Positions 54,519 to 62,860 of a stretch of 64,000 nt of DNA are shown piece by piece. Under the pieces are notes generated by a model that worked only from the letters and a program-made list of their open reading frames with translations, searched no databases and had not been told where the DNA came from. Source of the stretch: a virus; the IMG/VR virus record IMGVR_UViG_3300046517_001303. One strand, 5' to 3'. How positions within the stretch are numbered: the first letter of the stretch is position 1; each line of letters starts with the position of its first letter. The position numbers and the translations under genes are program-made.

Positions 54519-54985
54519 TACCAGCTTGCCCTGTAGTAGAAGTCCCAATTCTCGAACCGCGGATCGTCCAGCACGGCCCGCAACTGCTTCACTGTGCTGC
54601 GCAGGTCCGCGAAGTAGTAGTCGTCCACCTCCGTCGATCCGAAAAAGAACCCGCTTTTCGGCGGCAGCAGATCGTCGGCCCTCTTGCTGTCCGCCAAGAC
54701 CCAATTGCAGATTTTCACCAGCTCTTCCAGCTGCTCGCGCCCGACCTCGCTCAGCTGGCATTCATCCTTGCCGCCCTGCACGTTCTTCACGAACCACCCG
54801 TGGATCGCGTTGGCCTTGCGCCAGTAGGCGACGTTGACACTCACCTCCATACTCGGTGAGCCATCACAGCGGAAGCCTTCCAGCCCGACGGCCGCGGCCA
54901 CCTTGGCGAACACGTCACGCTCCACGCCAGAATGCTTCCAGTCGCCGACGTACTTCTCGGCTTTCAGGTACATGTCCAAACCCAT
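54518..54985 (-). CDS. hypothetical protein (155 aa)
   Basis: ORF. Confidence 0.45.
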   Translation of the reverse strand: MGLDMYLKAEKYVGDWKHSGVERDVFAKVAAAVGLEGFRCDGSPSMEVSVNVAYWRKANAIHGWFVKNVQGGKDECQLSEVGREQLEELVKICNWVLADSKRADDLLPPKSGFFFGSTEVDDYYFADLRSTVKQLRAVLDDPRFENWDFYYRASW

Positions 54986-55012
54986 TTCAGAATCTCCTGT
55001 TTCAGATAATGC

Positions 55013-55027
55013 CTTGATCGGTCAAGC
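55013..55027. repeat. junction palindrome CTTGATCGGTCAAGC (copy 5)
   Basis: stop codon TGA of 55022-55312 lies inside it. Confidence 0.6.
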
Positions 55028-55312
55028 ATCACTCTTCGGGCCGGTCCGCATTGCGTCCCTCAAAACCCGTGTGCCGTATTTCGCCTCGAACACCTCAGTC
55101 TTGTTGTTGTTCCAGTCGCCCACCACATGCAGCATCTCGGCCTTTACCTCCTTGGCCTGTTCCCGCGCCTCGTCCCGCTCTTCCCTCAGTCTCGCCATCG
55201 CCGCGAGAATATCGTTGACCCTCTTGTCGATGATCTCCTTATGGCCCGGCGTCGCCCGCCGATCCCTCAGACAGATGCTCACCAGGCCGTTCACCAGTTG
55301 CGTGTCGTTCAC
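55022..55312 (-). CDS. hypothetical protein (96 aa)
   Basis: ORF. Confidence 0.45.
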   Translation of the reverse strand: MNDTQLVNGLVSICLRDRRATPGHKEIIDKRVNDILAAMARLREERDEAREQAKEVKAEMLHVVGDWNNNKTEVFEAKYGTRVLRDAMRTGPKSDA

Positions 55313-55548
55313 GGTTTATCCTCAATCGGGGTCGGTTCTTTTCCGTAATAGGCGATCATCTCCGGAAGACCGTCAAACACTGGCACTCGCGCAGGGATGT
55401 CCACGATCCTCTGGCGGCAGAACTCCAACAGGTCGCACAGGTGCCCGGCCGCGTCATCCCATCTTTCGCGGCTGTAAAGGCATTCGGATAGTGCGAACAC
55501 CTTTTCTTCAAGAGACAGGATGGGTATGCCTTTGTCGCTGAACTTCAT
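55309..55548 (-). CDS. hypothetical protein (79 aa)
   Basis: ATGA overlap. Confidence 0.4.
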   Translation of the reverse strand: MKFSDKGIPILSLEEKVFALSECLYSRERWDDAAGHLCDLLEFCRQRIVDIPARVPVFDGLPEMIAYYGKEPTPIEDKP

Positions 55549-55563
55549 CGCCGTGGCCCTCCC

Positions 55564-55578
55564 CTTGATCGGTCAAGC
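55564..55578. repeat. junction palindrome CTTGATCGGTCAAGC (copy 6)
   Basis: stop TGA of 55573-55935 inside it. Confidence 0.6.
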
Positions 55579-55935
55579 CCTGAGTGCGGCTCCGACGTCC
55601 GGCATCCCTTGCTCTTCGCACCAGTCGGCCAGCACTAGCCGCACGCCTCGCTCGTTTGGGTGTTCCGCGAACATCGCCCGGAAGTTCTCCGGGATAGCCG
55701 CCTCCAACCGCTCCACCATCGCCTGCGCCTTGGCTCGGTACTGGCCGTACTCGCTCTTCGGGCCGTTGTACCTGCTGTCCAGGTTGCTCCACTCGGCCAG
55801 CACGGCGGGGTCGTCCTTGCGATACATGCTCTTCACTGGCCCTGCGACGACCAACAGCCGCACGGGCCGACGATATTTGCCGCCTCCCGACTTGGGCGCG
55901 GCACAGGTCCGAATCACTATCTGGAACAGGCTCAC
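55573..55935 (-). CDS. protein with C-terminal TIGR02996-like motif (120 aa)
   Basis: ...ERGVRLVLADWCEEQGMPDVGAALRA at C-terminus; GTG start after RBS GGAGGTG. Confidence 0.45.
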   Translation of the reverse strand: MSLFQIVIRTCAAPKSGGGKYRRPVRLLVVAGPVKSMYRKDDPAVLAEWSNLDSRYNGPKSEYGQYRAKAQAMVERLEAAIPENFRAMFAEHPNERGVRLVLADWCEEQGMPDVGAALRA

Positions 55936-55947
55936 AGATCACCTCCG

Positions 55948-55962
55948 CTTGATCGGTCAAGC
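55948..55962. repeat. junction palindrome CTTGATCGGTCAAGC (copy 7)
   Basis: between stop of vWA gene and RBS GGAGGTG of next gene. Confidence 0.6.
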
Positions 55963-55963
55963 G

Positions 55964-56581
55964 TTACGGTACAATCACGATCCCGGCCGGCGGCGGGGGA
56001 ACTTCCCCCACTCCCACGCTCGTCGTCTTGACTGACGCCGACATCCACTTAAAGAACGCTTTCAGCTGGTCCGGCTCCAGGCCGCTCAGCTGCACGACGT
56101 TTTCCGTCAGCCGCTTCAGCATTGCCCCGTCGGCCCCAGGCCCGGCGGCGCAGGCGACGATGTTCATTCGCCGCGCCTTCACCCGGTCCGCGACCGGTTC
56201 CCAATTGTCGGTCGGCTGGCCGTCGGTCATGACGAACACCAGCGGCTTCCAGTCGCCCTTTTGTTTCGGCGTCGTCTTCCGCACCTCGCTGTCCACGCAC
56301 TTTTCCAGAACTTCCAGCGCCGCCCCCAAGTCCGTGGACCCTGACGCATTAAGCGTCGGTTCCACAAACGTCATGACCTCCGTCAAGGGACACACTTGCT
56401 GCGCCCCGTTGCTGAACGTAATCACGCTCAGGTGCGCCGTTTCCAGCGCTTGCGGGTCGCCCCGTAGGTCGCTCAGCAGCGCCTTCAATCCCTGACGGCA
56501 CGCTTCCACCGGCTCGCCGGCCATACTGCCGGAACAGTCGAGCATGAGATAGACAGGCAAACGACGGCCACTGAACTGCAT
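55964..56581 (-). CDS. von Willebrand factor A (vWA) domain protein
   Basis: MIDAS YLMLDCSGSMAG ... TDG; 205 aa. Confidence 0.65.
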   Translation of the reverse strand: MQFSGRRLPVYLMLDCSGSMAGEPVEACRQGLKALLSDLRGDPQALETAHLSVITFSNGAQQVCPLTEVMTFVEPTLNASGSTDLGAALEVLEKCVDSEVRKTTPKQKGDWKPLVFVMTDGQPTDNWEPVADRVKARRMNIVACAAGPGADGAMLKRLTENVVQLSGLEPDQLKAFFKWMSASVKTTSVGVGEVPPPPAGIVIVP

Positions 56582-56602
56582 AGGTTCTCCCAGGTTAGTG
56601 TA

Positions 56603-56617
56603 CTTGATCGGTCAAGC
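56603..56617. repeat. junction palindrome CTTGATCGGTCAAGC (copy 8)
   Basis: abuts stop of 38-aa ORF; 20 nt 5' of vWA start. Confidence 0.6.
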
Positions 56618-56733
56618 TATTCGCCGCGGCGAAAGCCGCCGAAGATGCCGATAACGAATAGCCCCGCGACCACGGCGAAGGCGATGATCGCCGCCACTTG
56701 TGCGGCCGGACTCAGTTGCGCGATGTCGTTCAT
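56617..56733 (-). CDS. membrane micro-protein (38 aa)
   Basis: MNDIAQLSPAAQVAAIIAFAVVAGLFVIGIFGGFRRGE; ATGA overlap with upstream gene; not in track. Confidence 0.3.
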   Translation of the reverse strand: MNDIAQLSPAAQVAAIIAFAVVAGLFVIGIFGGFRRGE

Positions 56734-56987
56734 GATTGCTCCTGTTTGGACGCCTCAATGGCGTCTTCGGTTTGGATGATGTCAATCGCCAGCCCCATCA
56801 CTCGCCGCAGGTACTTCGCGGCGCGGTTCCCTTTTTCACACAGCAGATTGGCATTCAACGCCGTGATGATCTCGTCGGCGTGAATCCTGTTCAGCAGTGC
56901 AGCGTCACGAAACATGGTCATTGCTTCGTTGAACTGCTCCATTTTTCGCTCGTGATGGTCACGCAGGAATACGTCGATCTTCGCCAT
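56730..56987 (-). CDS. hypothetical protein (about 85 aa)
   Basis: internal start MAKIDVFLRDHH with RBS AGGGAacgATG just 3' of a junction palindrome. Confidence 0.4.
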   Translation of the reverse strand: MAKIDVFLRDHHERKMEQFNEAMTMFRDAALLNRIHADEIITALNANLLCEKGNRAAKYLRRVMGLAIDIIQTEDAIEASKQEQS

Positions 56988-56995
56988 CGTTCCCT

Positions 56996-57010
56996 CTTGT
57001 TCGGTCAAGC
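56996..57010. repeat. junction palindrome variant CTTGTTCGGTCAAGC (copy 9)
   Basis: 8 nt 5' of ATG ~56987. Confidence 0.55.
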
Positions 57011-57097
57011 GTGACGGGCGGCTACTCAAGCGAGGGTCCATTACGTCCCGCCCGAACCCCTGCAAATGGATTGCAGCTTTATCCCGTCACGCTTGGC

Positions 57098-57349
57098 TCA
57101 ATTGTCTGATACCGGAGTGTGCTTCTGGTCGTCCGGGGTCGGGTCGTCTGCGCTCAGATGTCCCGACCCTTTGCACGACGTATTGCCGCCGCGGTCGATC
57201 CATCCGAATTTCTTGCCGTGGTACTCGATATCGCCGCCGCAGATTCGGCACGCTGTTTGGTCGCCGATTCGCGGACAGGCCGCGCGGTTTCGCCACTGCC
57301 CGGCCAGCATACTTTTCGCCAGCCGGGCGACGTCTGCTTTTCGTGTCAT
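57098..57349 (-). CDS. zinc-finger protein (83 aa)
   Basis: CPRIGDQTACRICGG ... SCKGSGH. Confidence 0.4.
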   Translation of the reverse strand: MTRKADVARLAKSMLAGQWRNRAACPRIGDQTACRICGGDIEYHGKKFGWIDRGGNTSCKGSGHLSADDPTPDDQKHTPVSDN

Positions 57350-57352
57350 GCT

Positions 57353-58317
57353 TCACGCTCCAATGGTCGCGGCCACTCGTTCGATCTCCGTCCGCTTGAT
57401 CTTGTGGCACCCGGCCACGATGTTCCCCTCCGCGTCGATCTCATCCAGCGCGAAATGCCCCAGATGAATCGTGTGCCCATTCCGTTTGTACTCGCGCCCG
57501 CTCCGCAACAGCGGCAGGATTTTCAGGGCGTGCGCCAGCGGCACTTCCGCGCCCCAGCTGGTTTGAATCACGTCGCCCTTAATGCGCAGCTCAGCGCCGA
57601 TTTCCGCATATCCACGCCAGCTGTACGGGTAGTGAACGTCGCCGCCGTCGAGCCACGCCTGACGGTCCGCGGCGTCTTCCGCGCGCTGCGCGTCGCGCTC
57701 GCGCTCGTACTTTTCCAACCGCTTCGCCTGCCGCGCTGCCTCTTTCACCGCAATTTCGTCACACAGTCGCCGCTCTTCCGCGAGGTCCAGCGTCTTCGGC
57801 ATCTTCAGCCGCCAGCGCAGGCCGAACAGCCGCGAGTATTCGTTAGCATTCCCGATCAGCCGCTCCAGTTCGACCAGATAGCCGGCCTTGTTCGCCTTGG
57901 CGCGGGCGATCTTTCCGACCAGCTCCGGAATGCGCCCTTCCCAGATTTTCCGGTTGTCTTCGTGGGCCTCATCCGACGGGATTACGTCGTGAGCGTACAC
58001 CATTTTGAGGTGACGGCACGCACCTTGCACCCTGCACTTATGGCCGCTCGTGGTGGAGCTGTAGCCGCGCTCGGTGAACAGGACGAATTTTTCGCCCCGC
58101 TTGCTCGTGCAGTGTCGCGCGATAGGGAAGTGTCCGCCGTAGCTGAAGATGGTCGCGCCGGTGAAGTAGAACGTATTGCGCCCATTGCGGGCGTCGCTCT
58201 GGCTCTGGTTCGCCCAAATGTGGGCGACCATGTCATCGCCCCACACATGGCGCTCGCGGCCTTTGCCGCTCGCCCGCTTCGCGTCGTACTCGGCTTTCAT
58301 CGTTTCCAGATTCGCCA
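57353..58317 (-). CDS. hypothetical protein (about 321 aa), largest early-block protein
   Basis: internal start MANLETMKAEYD with RBS GGAGAAaatcATG; no assignable motif. Confidence 0.45.
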
Positions 58318-58416
58318 TGATTTTCTCCGGTTCAGGTCCACTACAAACCCATTCCGTCCCCATCACTCTACGACTTTTTTCCCCGTTGTCAAGGGTGAGA
58401 GTAAAAATTTCTCCCC

Positions 58417-58431
58417 CTTGAGCGGTCAAGC
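58417..58431. repeat. junction palindrome CTTGAGCGGTCAAGC (copy 10)
   Basis: stop TGA of 58426-58965 inside it; preceded by long hairpin 58388-58420. Confidence 0.6.
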
Positions 58432-58965
58432 GTCACGGTAATAGAACATGCTGCTGCCGATGTCGGCCGTGCTATAATCGTCCTTGACCTTGTCGGCCCA
58501 CTTCTCCCAATCAATGCAATCCTCCAGCGGATTGCCCTTCACGTTCGCCAGGTAGCCCAGCTCTTCGGCCTCATTCTTGGCGAACTCCTCGAAATAGCTT
58601 TCGTTCACGAACGCCACGCCGTCGTGCCACCGGCGCAGGTCCATATCCTCTTTCAGCGCCTCTAGCGTCTCCAGCAGTTCTTTTTTGTCGGAGTCGAACT
58701 CTTCCAGCTCGTCCGGCGCTTCGGGCGCTTCCGGCTCTTCCTCGTCCGGGTCGGCTCGCTCTTTCCATTCCTGGTGAGCTTTACGGAATTGCGCCATGTC
58801 GGCGTCGTAGTCGCCCTGCGCGTCGTCGTACTCCGATTGCGCGTTATCGGCGTCGGTCTTCTCGTCGTCCAGCCGCTCAATGATCTTTTGCAAGTCGCGG
58901 CTGTCTAGCACGTTTTCGTATTCGATGTCGCCGATGCAGTCGGCGGTGTCGCGGATGCTCTTCAT
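58426..58965 (-). CDS. highly acidic protein (179 aa)
   Basis: D/E-rich PDEEEPEAPEAPDELEEFD. Confidence 0.45.
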   Translation of the reverse strand: MKSIRDTADCIGDIEYENVLDSRDLQKIIERLDDEKTDADNAQSEYDDAQGDYDADMAQFRKAHQEWKERADPDEEEPEAPEAPDELEEFDSDKKELLETLEALKEDMDLRRWHDGVAFVNESYFEEFAKNEAEELGYLANVKGNPLEDCIDWEKWADKVKDDYSTADIGSSMFYYRDA

Positions 58966-58983
58966 CGCTCACGCTCCTTGGGG

Positions 58984-59124
58984 TCACTTACACACCAGGC
59001 GGGCCGCGCGGCTCGCCTTTCTTCGCCTGTTCCACGGGATACTCGCAATGTGCGCATCCCACCATCGCCGTTGCTCGGCACGTTGCCGCTTTTCGGTGTT
59101 CGACATCTTCTTAGGCCGGCTCAT
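58984..59124 (-). CDS. small basic protein (46 aa)
   Basis: MSRPKKMSNTEKRQRAEQRRWWDAHIAS...; RBS AGGGGAAGacATG 3' of palindrome; not in track. Confidence 0.3.
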   Translation of the reverse strand: MSRPKKMSNTEKRQRAEQRRWWDAHIASIPWNRRRKASRAARLVCK

Positions 59125-59134
59125 GTCTTCCCCT

Positions 59135-59149
59135 CTTGACCGGTCAAGC
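59135..59149. repeat. junction palindrome CTTGACCGGTCAAGC (copy 11)
   Basis: overlaps stop TAG of 59149-59772. Confidence 0.6.
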
Positions 59150-59772
59150 TACATATCCTGCAACGCTTCGCGCAACTCCGTCATCTTGTCGTCGCCCAGC
59201 GCGGCGCGGAGCTTTAGCCCCACCTCCACGCACGCCTTGTAAATCCGCTCGGCTTCGCGCGAATCCACCTCATACCCGAAGTCCCCCGCCCACTCCTCGA
59301 ACCCGCCCGCGTCGATAGCTTCGGCGTCGAGTAGAAGACTGTGAAGGACGTCGGCCAGCTCGGGCGGGGGAAGCGGCTTCACCCATTGCCACTCGCCGGT
59401 CAGTTCCGGATTTTTGCTCACCTTCGCCGTCTTGCCTTTTTCGGCAACGTGATGGAAATACTTATCCCGGTCCAGCGTCATACGCCCGTGAGTGTAGCCA
59501 GGCGCATGGCCGATGCCTTGCATGTAGTCGGTGGTGAGAATGTCGCGATGAGTTAGCGACGTCCACCGGGCCAGCTCGTCCGCGGTCGGCTTCCTGCGCA
59601 GCGTCACGCGCCAATTCAGGCTCAGATTCTTGTCGCCCGCGTTCCGGCTCTGGCTCTGCGGCACGAATACGGCCGTGTAGTCCAGTTCGGGCGCAATCTC
59701 GCGAATCTTGGCGAGCCGATCATACTCGGCTTCCGGTCGCGCCTTCTCTTGCAGCATTTCGTCAGCGGTCAT
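59149..59772 (-). CDS. hypothetical protein (about 207 aa)
   Basis: internal start MTADEMLQEKARPE; track ORF start lies beyond the palindrome. Confidence 0.45.
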   Translation of the reverse strand: MTADEMLQEKARPEAEYDRLAKIREIAPELDYTAVFVPQSQSRNAGDKNLSLNWRVTLRRKPTADELARWTSLTHRDILTTDYMQGIGHAPGYTHGRMTLDRDKYFHHVAEKGKTAKVSKNPELTGEWQWVKPLPPPELADVLHSLLLDAEAIDAGGFEEWAGDFGYEVDSREAERIYKACVEVGLKLRAALGDDKMTELREALQDM

Positions 59773-59782
59773 GGCATACCCT

Positions 59783-59797
59783 CTTGATCGGTCAAGC
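59783..59797. repeat. junction palindrome CTTGATCGGTCAAGC (copy 12)
   Basis: 10 nt 5' of ATG ~59772; 10 nt from tRNA-Tyr 3' end. Confidence 0.6.
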
Positions 59798-59807
59798 ATT
59801 ACCACAG

Positions 59808-59897
59808 TGGGCGCGGCAGGAATTGAACCTGCGATGTTTACCATTTAGGATCAGATTTACAGTCTGACGCTACACAACCAGCAGTAGCCTCACGCCC
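59808..59897 (-). tRNA. tRNA-Tyr (anticodon GUA), type II with long variable arm
   Basis: minus-strand GGGCGTG acceptor / CGCGCCC-A, D-arm GCTA...TAGC, anticodon arm TCAGA-CTGTAAA-TCTGA, T-arm GCAGG-TTCAATT-CCTGC. Confidence 0.6.
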
Positions 59898-60069
59898 ATT
59901 GCCCCGTATCGCCGGGGCCACGCGACAACCTTACGGGGTGATTAGCCCCAGAACATAAGGCACCTCCTGAGAGTATTCGGTTGATCCTCACTCCCCACTT
60001 GCGGACATTGATATACGCTCAGACTTTACGCTTTAGGCGGCGCTCGGGTCCAGTGCATGGTCGGCCCTC

Positions 60070-60438
60070 CTATTCGCTGCGGTCGCTCAGTAAATGAGAA
60101 AATCTCTTCCGCACCTCCTCTGTCTCGAATTGATAAACCCTCACCCGTCGCGCGATATCCCGCACCCGGCAGCAGTCGCGCCATATCTTCGCTTGCCAGT
60201 CGCTTTCCCACTTGCGACCAGGGACGTCGGCTCGTCCGGCTTTGCGGTTTATGGCCATATCCACTAACCACATCAACCGCGCCTGCGCTTCTCCCTTCGT
60301 CATCGCCACGCCGTACCGATCCTCCGGATTTTTGCACTTCTCAAATTCGTTTTGCCTCACGAATTTGCGGTAGTATTTCAGGAGCCGCACCGTCGCGGCT
60401 ATCTGGGCGCGTGTCACCGTTTGGCCAGCGAAGAGCAT
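60070..60438 (-). CDS. hypothetical protein (122 aa)
   Basis: RBS GGGGGAGatATG. Confidence 0.45.
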   Translation of the reverse strand: MLFAGQTVTRAQIAATVRLLKYYRKFVRQNEFEKCKNPEDRYGVAMTKGEAQARLMWLVDMAINRKAGRADVPGRKWESDWQAKIWRDCCRVRDIARRVRVYQFETEEVRKRFSHLLSDRSE

Positions 60439-60446
60439 ATCTCCCC

Positions 60447-60839
60447 CTAGTGCGTTTTAATTCCTGCGGCCTTGAATTCTTCAGACTTGATCGGCGCAAC
60501 CGTGCGCTTTTCAATTGCGAAATCGTAATCACAGAGGTAGACAGTCAGTCGGCCCGCTTTCCATTCCTCTGTATCGCGTTCGCTCAACGTATTTCCGTTG
60601 ACGTCTTCAAATTGATTGAACCCGATACGGTTCGTTTCGCCGTCTTCGTCCGGCAGGAATAGGTCGTCCATCGCCAGCGCGAATTTGTCGCCGATCTTTT
60701 TCACCAGTAGCGCCAGAGTCGGCGCGGTCACGTTGCACGGCTCGTGAACGATTGTCTGCGGCTTGCCCTGACAGCCTTTGTTATATTCCGATACTTCGGC
60801 ACGCTTTTCAATAAACGTGCAAGCGTAAAAGGTTCCCAT
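60447..60839 (-). CDS. hypothetical protein (about 130 aa)
   Basis: internal start MGTFYACTF with RBS GAGGAAcaagtcATG. Confidence 0.4.
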   Translation of the reverse strand: MGTFYACTFIEKRAEVSEYNKGCQGKPQTIVHEPCNVTAPTLALLVKKIGDKFALAMDDLFLPDEDGETNRIGFNQFEDVNGNTLSERDTEEWKAGRLTVYLCDYDFAIEKRTVAPIKSEEFKAAGIKTH

Positions 60840-60870
60840 GACTTGTTCCTCTGGCCGCACTATACGGCCG

Positions 60871-60885
60871 GTTGATCGGTCAAGC
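60871..60885. repeat. junction palindrome variant GTTGATCGGTCAAGC (copy 13)
   Basis: 3 nt from stop of 60888-61353. Confidence 0.55.
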
Positions 60886-60887
60886 TA

Positions 60888-61353
60888 TCACGTTGACGTT
60901 GACACTTCAGCGTCGGGCCATTCGGCGCAGGCGACAGCGTAGCTCGCCACGAACGCCACTAATCCGTCATAGTCTCCCCATCCATTCGCAGGGTTCAGCG
61001 CCTTAAAGCGCTTTGGGTCGCACAGTAGTACGACCAACCCGGCCCGCAGTAATCCTGCCAAGTCTCGCGCCTTAGTAACGCCGATCTCTTCGGGATGCCA
61101 GCACGCCTCATATAGTCCCGCGGCTTTCGCCATTGGCACTAGATTGTGCGTGATGTTGCGCGTGTAGACTTCATCGGCGCAGACTGTCGCCGTCACCGGT
61201 TCGCGGCCAGTGTTCATTGCGTCCCACTCGGCGCGGCTAATCTCAACAGTCGCGCCGTCGCGCCGTATGAAAATAGCTTGGCGAGGTTCGCCCGTTATTT
61301 CGTTGGGCAGTATCGCAATGCGCGGCATGGTCAGCATTACGTCGAGACTCATT
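60888..61353 (-). CDS. hypothetical protein (about 154 aa)
   Basis: track start is a TTG inside the palindrome; likelier MSLDVMLTMP after RBS GAGGTG. Confidence 0.4.
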
Positions 61354-61364
61354 TTGCACCTCAC

Positions 61365-61379
61365 TTGACCGGTCAAGCT
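61365..61379. repeat. junction palindrome CTTGACCGGTCAAGC (copy 14)
   Basis: 11 nt 5' of ATG ~61353. Confidence 0.6.
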
Positions 61380-61403
61380 ATCCTATCACTTTTCGACCCT
61401 TTG

Positions 61404-61988
61404 TCAAGACACAACGTCAGATTTTTCTGGCATCACTTCCGCGTCATCGCTCACGCGATAGACGGGGTATGGGGCGCGGCCCTCATCGAACCAAGAGTGA
61501 TCGAAGCAGTAGGCTTTCGCCTGCCCCTCCTCACTCCCATCTCGCAGGTAGACGGCTCCAGGGGCGCACGGCGAACAGAACGGCCCGCGCGTGTAGTAGG
61601 GCGATTTCAACACGAAGATATCATGGTCGGCCCCGCTCTGGCTCGCCATATATTCGCCATCGTCCAACGTCCACGCGATAGCCTCTTCGCCGAAAGCGGA
61701 CTCGCTCCCGAAGACGTATTCGCATTGCTCGCAAGCATAGTCTGCACACTCGTGCGCATTATGCTTCCATTCTTCCATTGGCGGGATGTTTTGCAGCGCA
61801 TTTTCGTCATCATTGACGTCGCAACAGTCTACGGCCGAATTCCCGCACTTCGGGCAATACGGCGGGCCGTAGTCCGCCTCTGAGCTGTCGGCCCAGCTCT
61901 GGCAGACGTCGTTTGCGGGAATCACGCCGTAGCGGATGCCCGTAGCCTTGTCGATATTCGTTGTCCCCATGCCGTAGTCGATTCCCAT
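61404..61988 (-). CDS. Cys-rich hypothetical protein (194 aa)
   Basis: CPKCGNSAVDCCD ... CADYACEQCEY ... CSPCAPG. Confidence 0.45.
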   Translation of the reverse strand: MGIDYGMGTTNIDKATGIRYGVIPANDVCQSWADSSEADYGPPYCPKCGNSAVDCCDVNDDENALQNIPPMEEWKHNAHECADYACEQCEYVFGSESAFGEEAIAWTLDDGEYMASQSGADHDIFVLKSPYYTRGPFCSPCAPGAVYLRDGSEEGQAKAYCFDHSWFDEGRAPYPVYRVSDDAEVMPEKSDVVS

Positions 61989-62007
61989 AGCGTCCCCAGG
62001 TTAGAGC

Positions 62008-62022
62008 CTTGAACGGTCAAGC
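62008..62022. repeat. junction palindrome CTTGAACGGTCAAGC (copy 15)
   Basis: 19 nt 5' of ATG 61988. Confidence 0.6.
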
Positions 62023-62023
62023 A

Positions 62024-62149
62024 TTACGACCACAGACAATCCCAAGTCCCAAGTAAACCGGCGCACCCGATCCGTATCCACAGCGAGTCATTCTTGGGAA
62101 CGATCTTCACCACTCGCCACAGCTCGCCGTCGAAATAGACAACGGCCAT
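62024..62149 (-). CDS. micro-protein (41 aa)
   Basis: MAVVYFDGELWRVVKIVPKNDSLWIRIGCAGLLGTWDCLWS; stop TAA abuts palindrome; weak RBS. Confidence 0.2.
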   Translation of the reverse strand: MAVVYFDGELWRVVKIVPKNDSLWIRIGCAGLLGTWDCLWS

Positions 62150-62167
62150 TTCGTGATTCTTCACTGT

Positions 62168-62368
62168 TTACCACTCCATATAGCCGCAACGGTCCGTCAG
62201 CCAACGCCATAGCCTGCGCGCCTTCGCTCGCTCCATCGTCCGCCGATACTCCAGCTGGTATCGCGCCCAGCGCTCCACGATAACGCTCTCCCCATCCGGC
62301 TGGAAAGTGTAGTAGCGCAGTTTATCGTGCAAGTCTAAGCGGTAACGCTTCACTACTTTAAGCGCCAT
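62168..62368 (-). CDS. hypothetical basic protein (66 aa)
   Basis: internal start MALKVVKRYRLD; ATGA overlap. Confidence 0.4.
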   Translation of the reverse strand: MALKVVKRYRLDLHDKLRYYTFQPDGESVIVERWARYQLEYRRTMERAKARRLWRWLTDRCGYMEW

Positions 62369-62667
62369 CACCCATCCCCCAAAAGCTTCTTGACGTAGTA
62401 GCAATGGTCCAGCATTGTTTCGACCGCTTGACTCAACGCGGCCCGCGCCGCCGTTGTTTCGGGAACGGTCACAATCTGAACGACGGCGGGCGCAGCTGGA
62501 GCTGGCGGGACGTACATAGGATGCCCCGGACCGATTGGCCCTACCCAACGCCCATTGCCTTGTATCATTCCGTTTTTGTTCTTGCGTATCTGCACGTTGT
62601 TGCAATACTGCAACACCTCACGCGCTTCCGCTTCAGTGTGCGCCAATACGCTCACATATCCGGGCAT
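62368..62667 (-). CDS. hypothetical protein (about 99 aa)
   Basis: track start is TTG of palindrome; likelier MPGYVSV after RBS AGAGGGAtacgtcATG. Confidence 0.4.
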   Translation of the reverse strand: MPGYVSVLAHTEAEAREVLQYCNNVQIRKNKNGMIQGNGRWVGPIGPGHPMYVPPAPAAPAVVQIVTVPETTAARAALSQAVETMLDHCYYVKKLLGDG

Positions 62668-62678
62668 GACGTATCCCT

Positions 62679-62693
62679 CTTGAACGGTCAAGC
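62679..62693. repeat. junction palindrome CTTGAACGGTCAAGC (copy 16)
   Basis: stop TGA of 62688-62858 inside it. Confidence 0.6.
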
Positions 62694-62858
62694 ATTACCG
62701 ATTACCACTTCCCAAGCGGCTTCCGTTTCGCGGATGATAGCCGATTTCAGGATATCGTGCATCTCTTGGGTATGGACTCCGCGGCGGAGCTGGTCGGCGA
62801 GCAACAATAACCTGCGCTCGCATGCGCCTTTGGCGGCTTTCTGGTATTCGTCGTCCAT
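62688..62858 (-). CDS. hypothetical protein (about 56 aa)
   Basis: internal start MDDEYQKAAKG of track ORF 62688-62915. Confidence 0.35.
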   Translation of the reverse strand: MDDEYQKAAKGACERRLLLLADQLRRGVHTQEMHDILKSAIIRETEAAWEVVIGNA

Positions 62859-62860
62859 TG

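Noticed and set aside
59808-59897. tRNA-Tyr as prophage attachment site marking the prophage end
   Set aside because: Phage-type genes with the same junction palindrome continue on both sides and no integrase or direct repeat is visible, so it is more likely a phage-carried tRNA. It cannot be excluded without the full genome.
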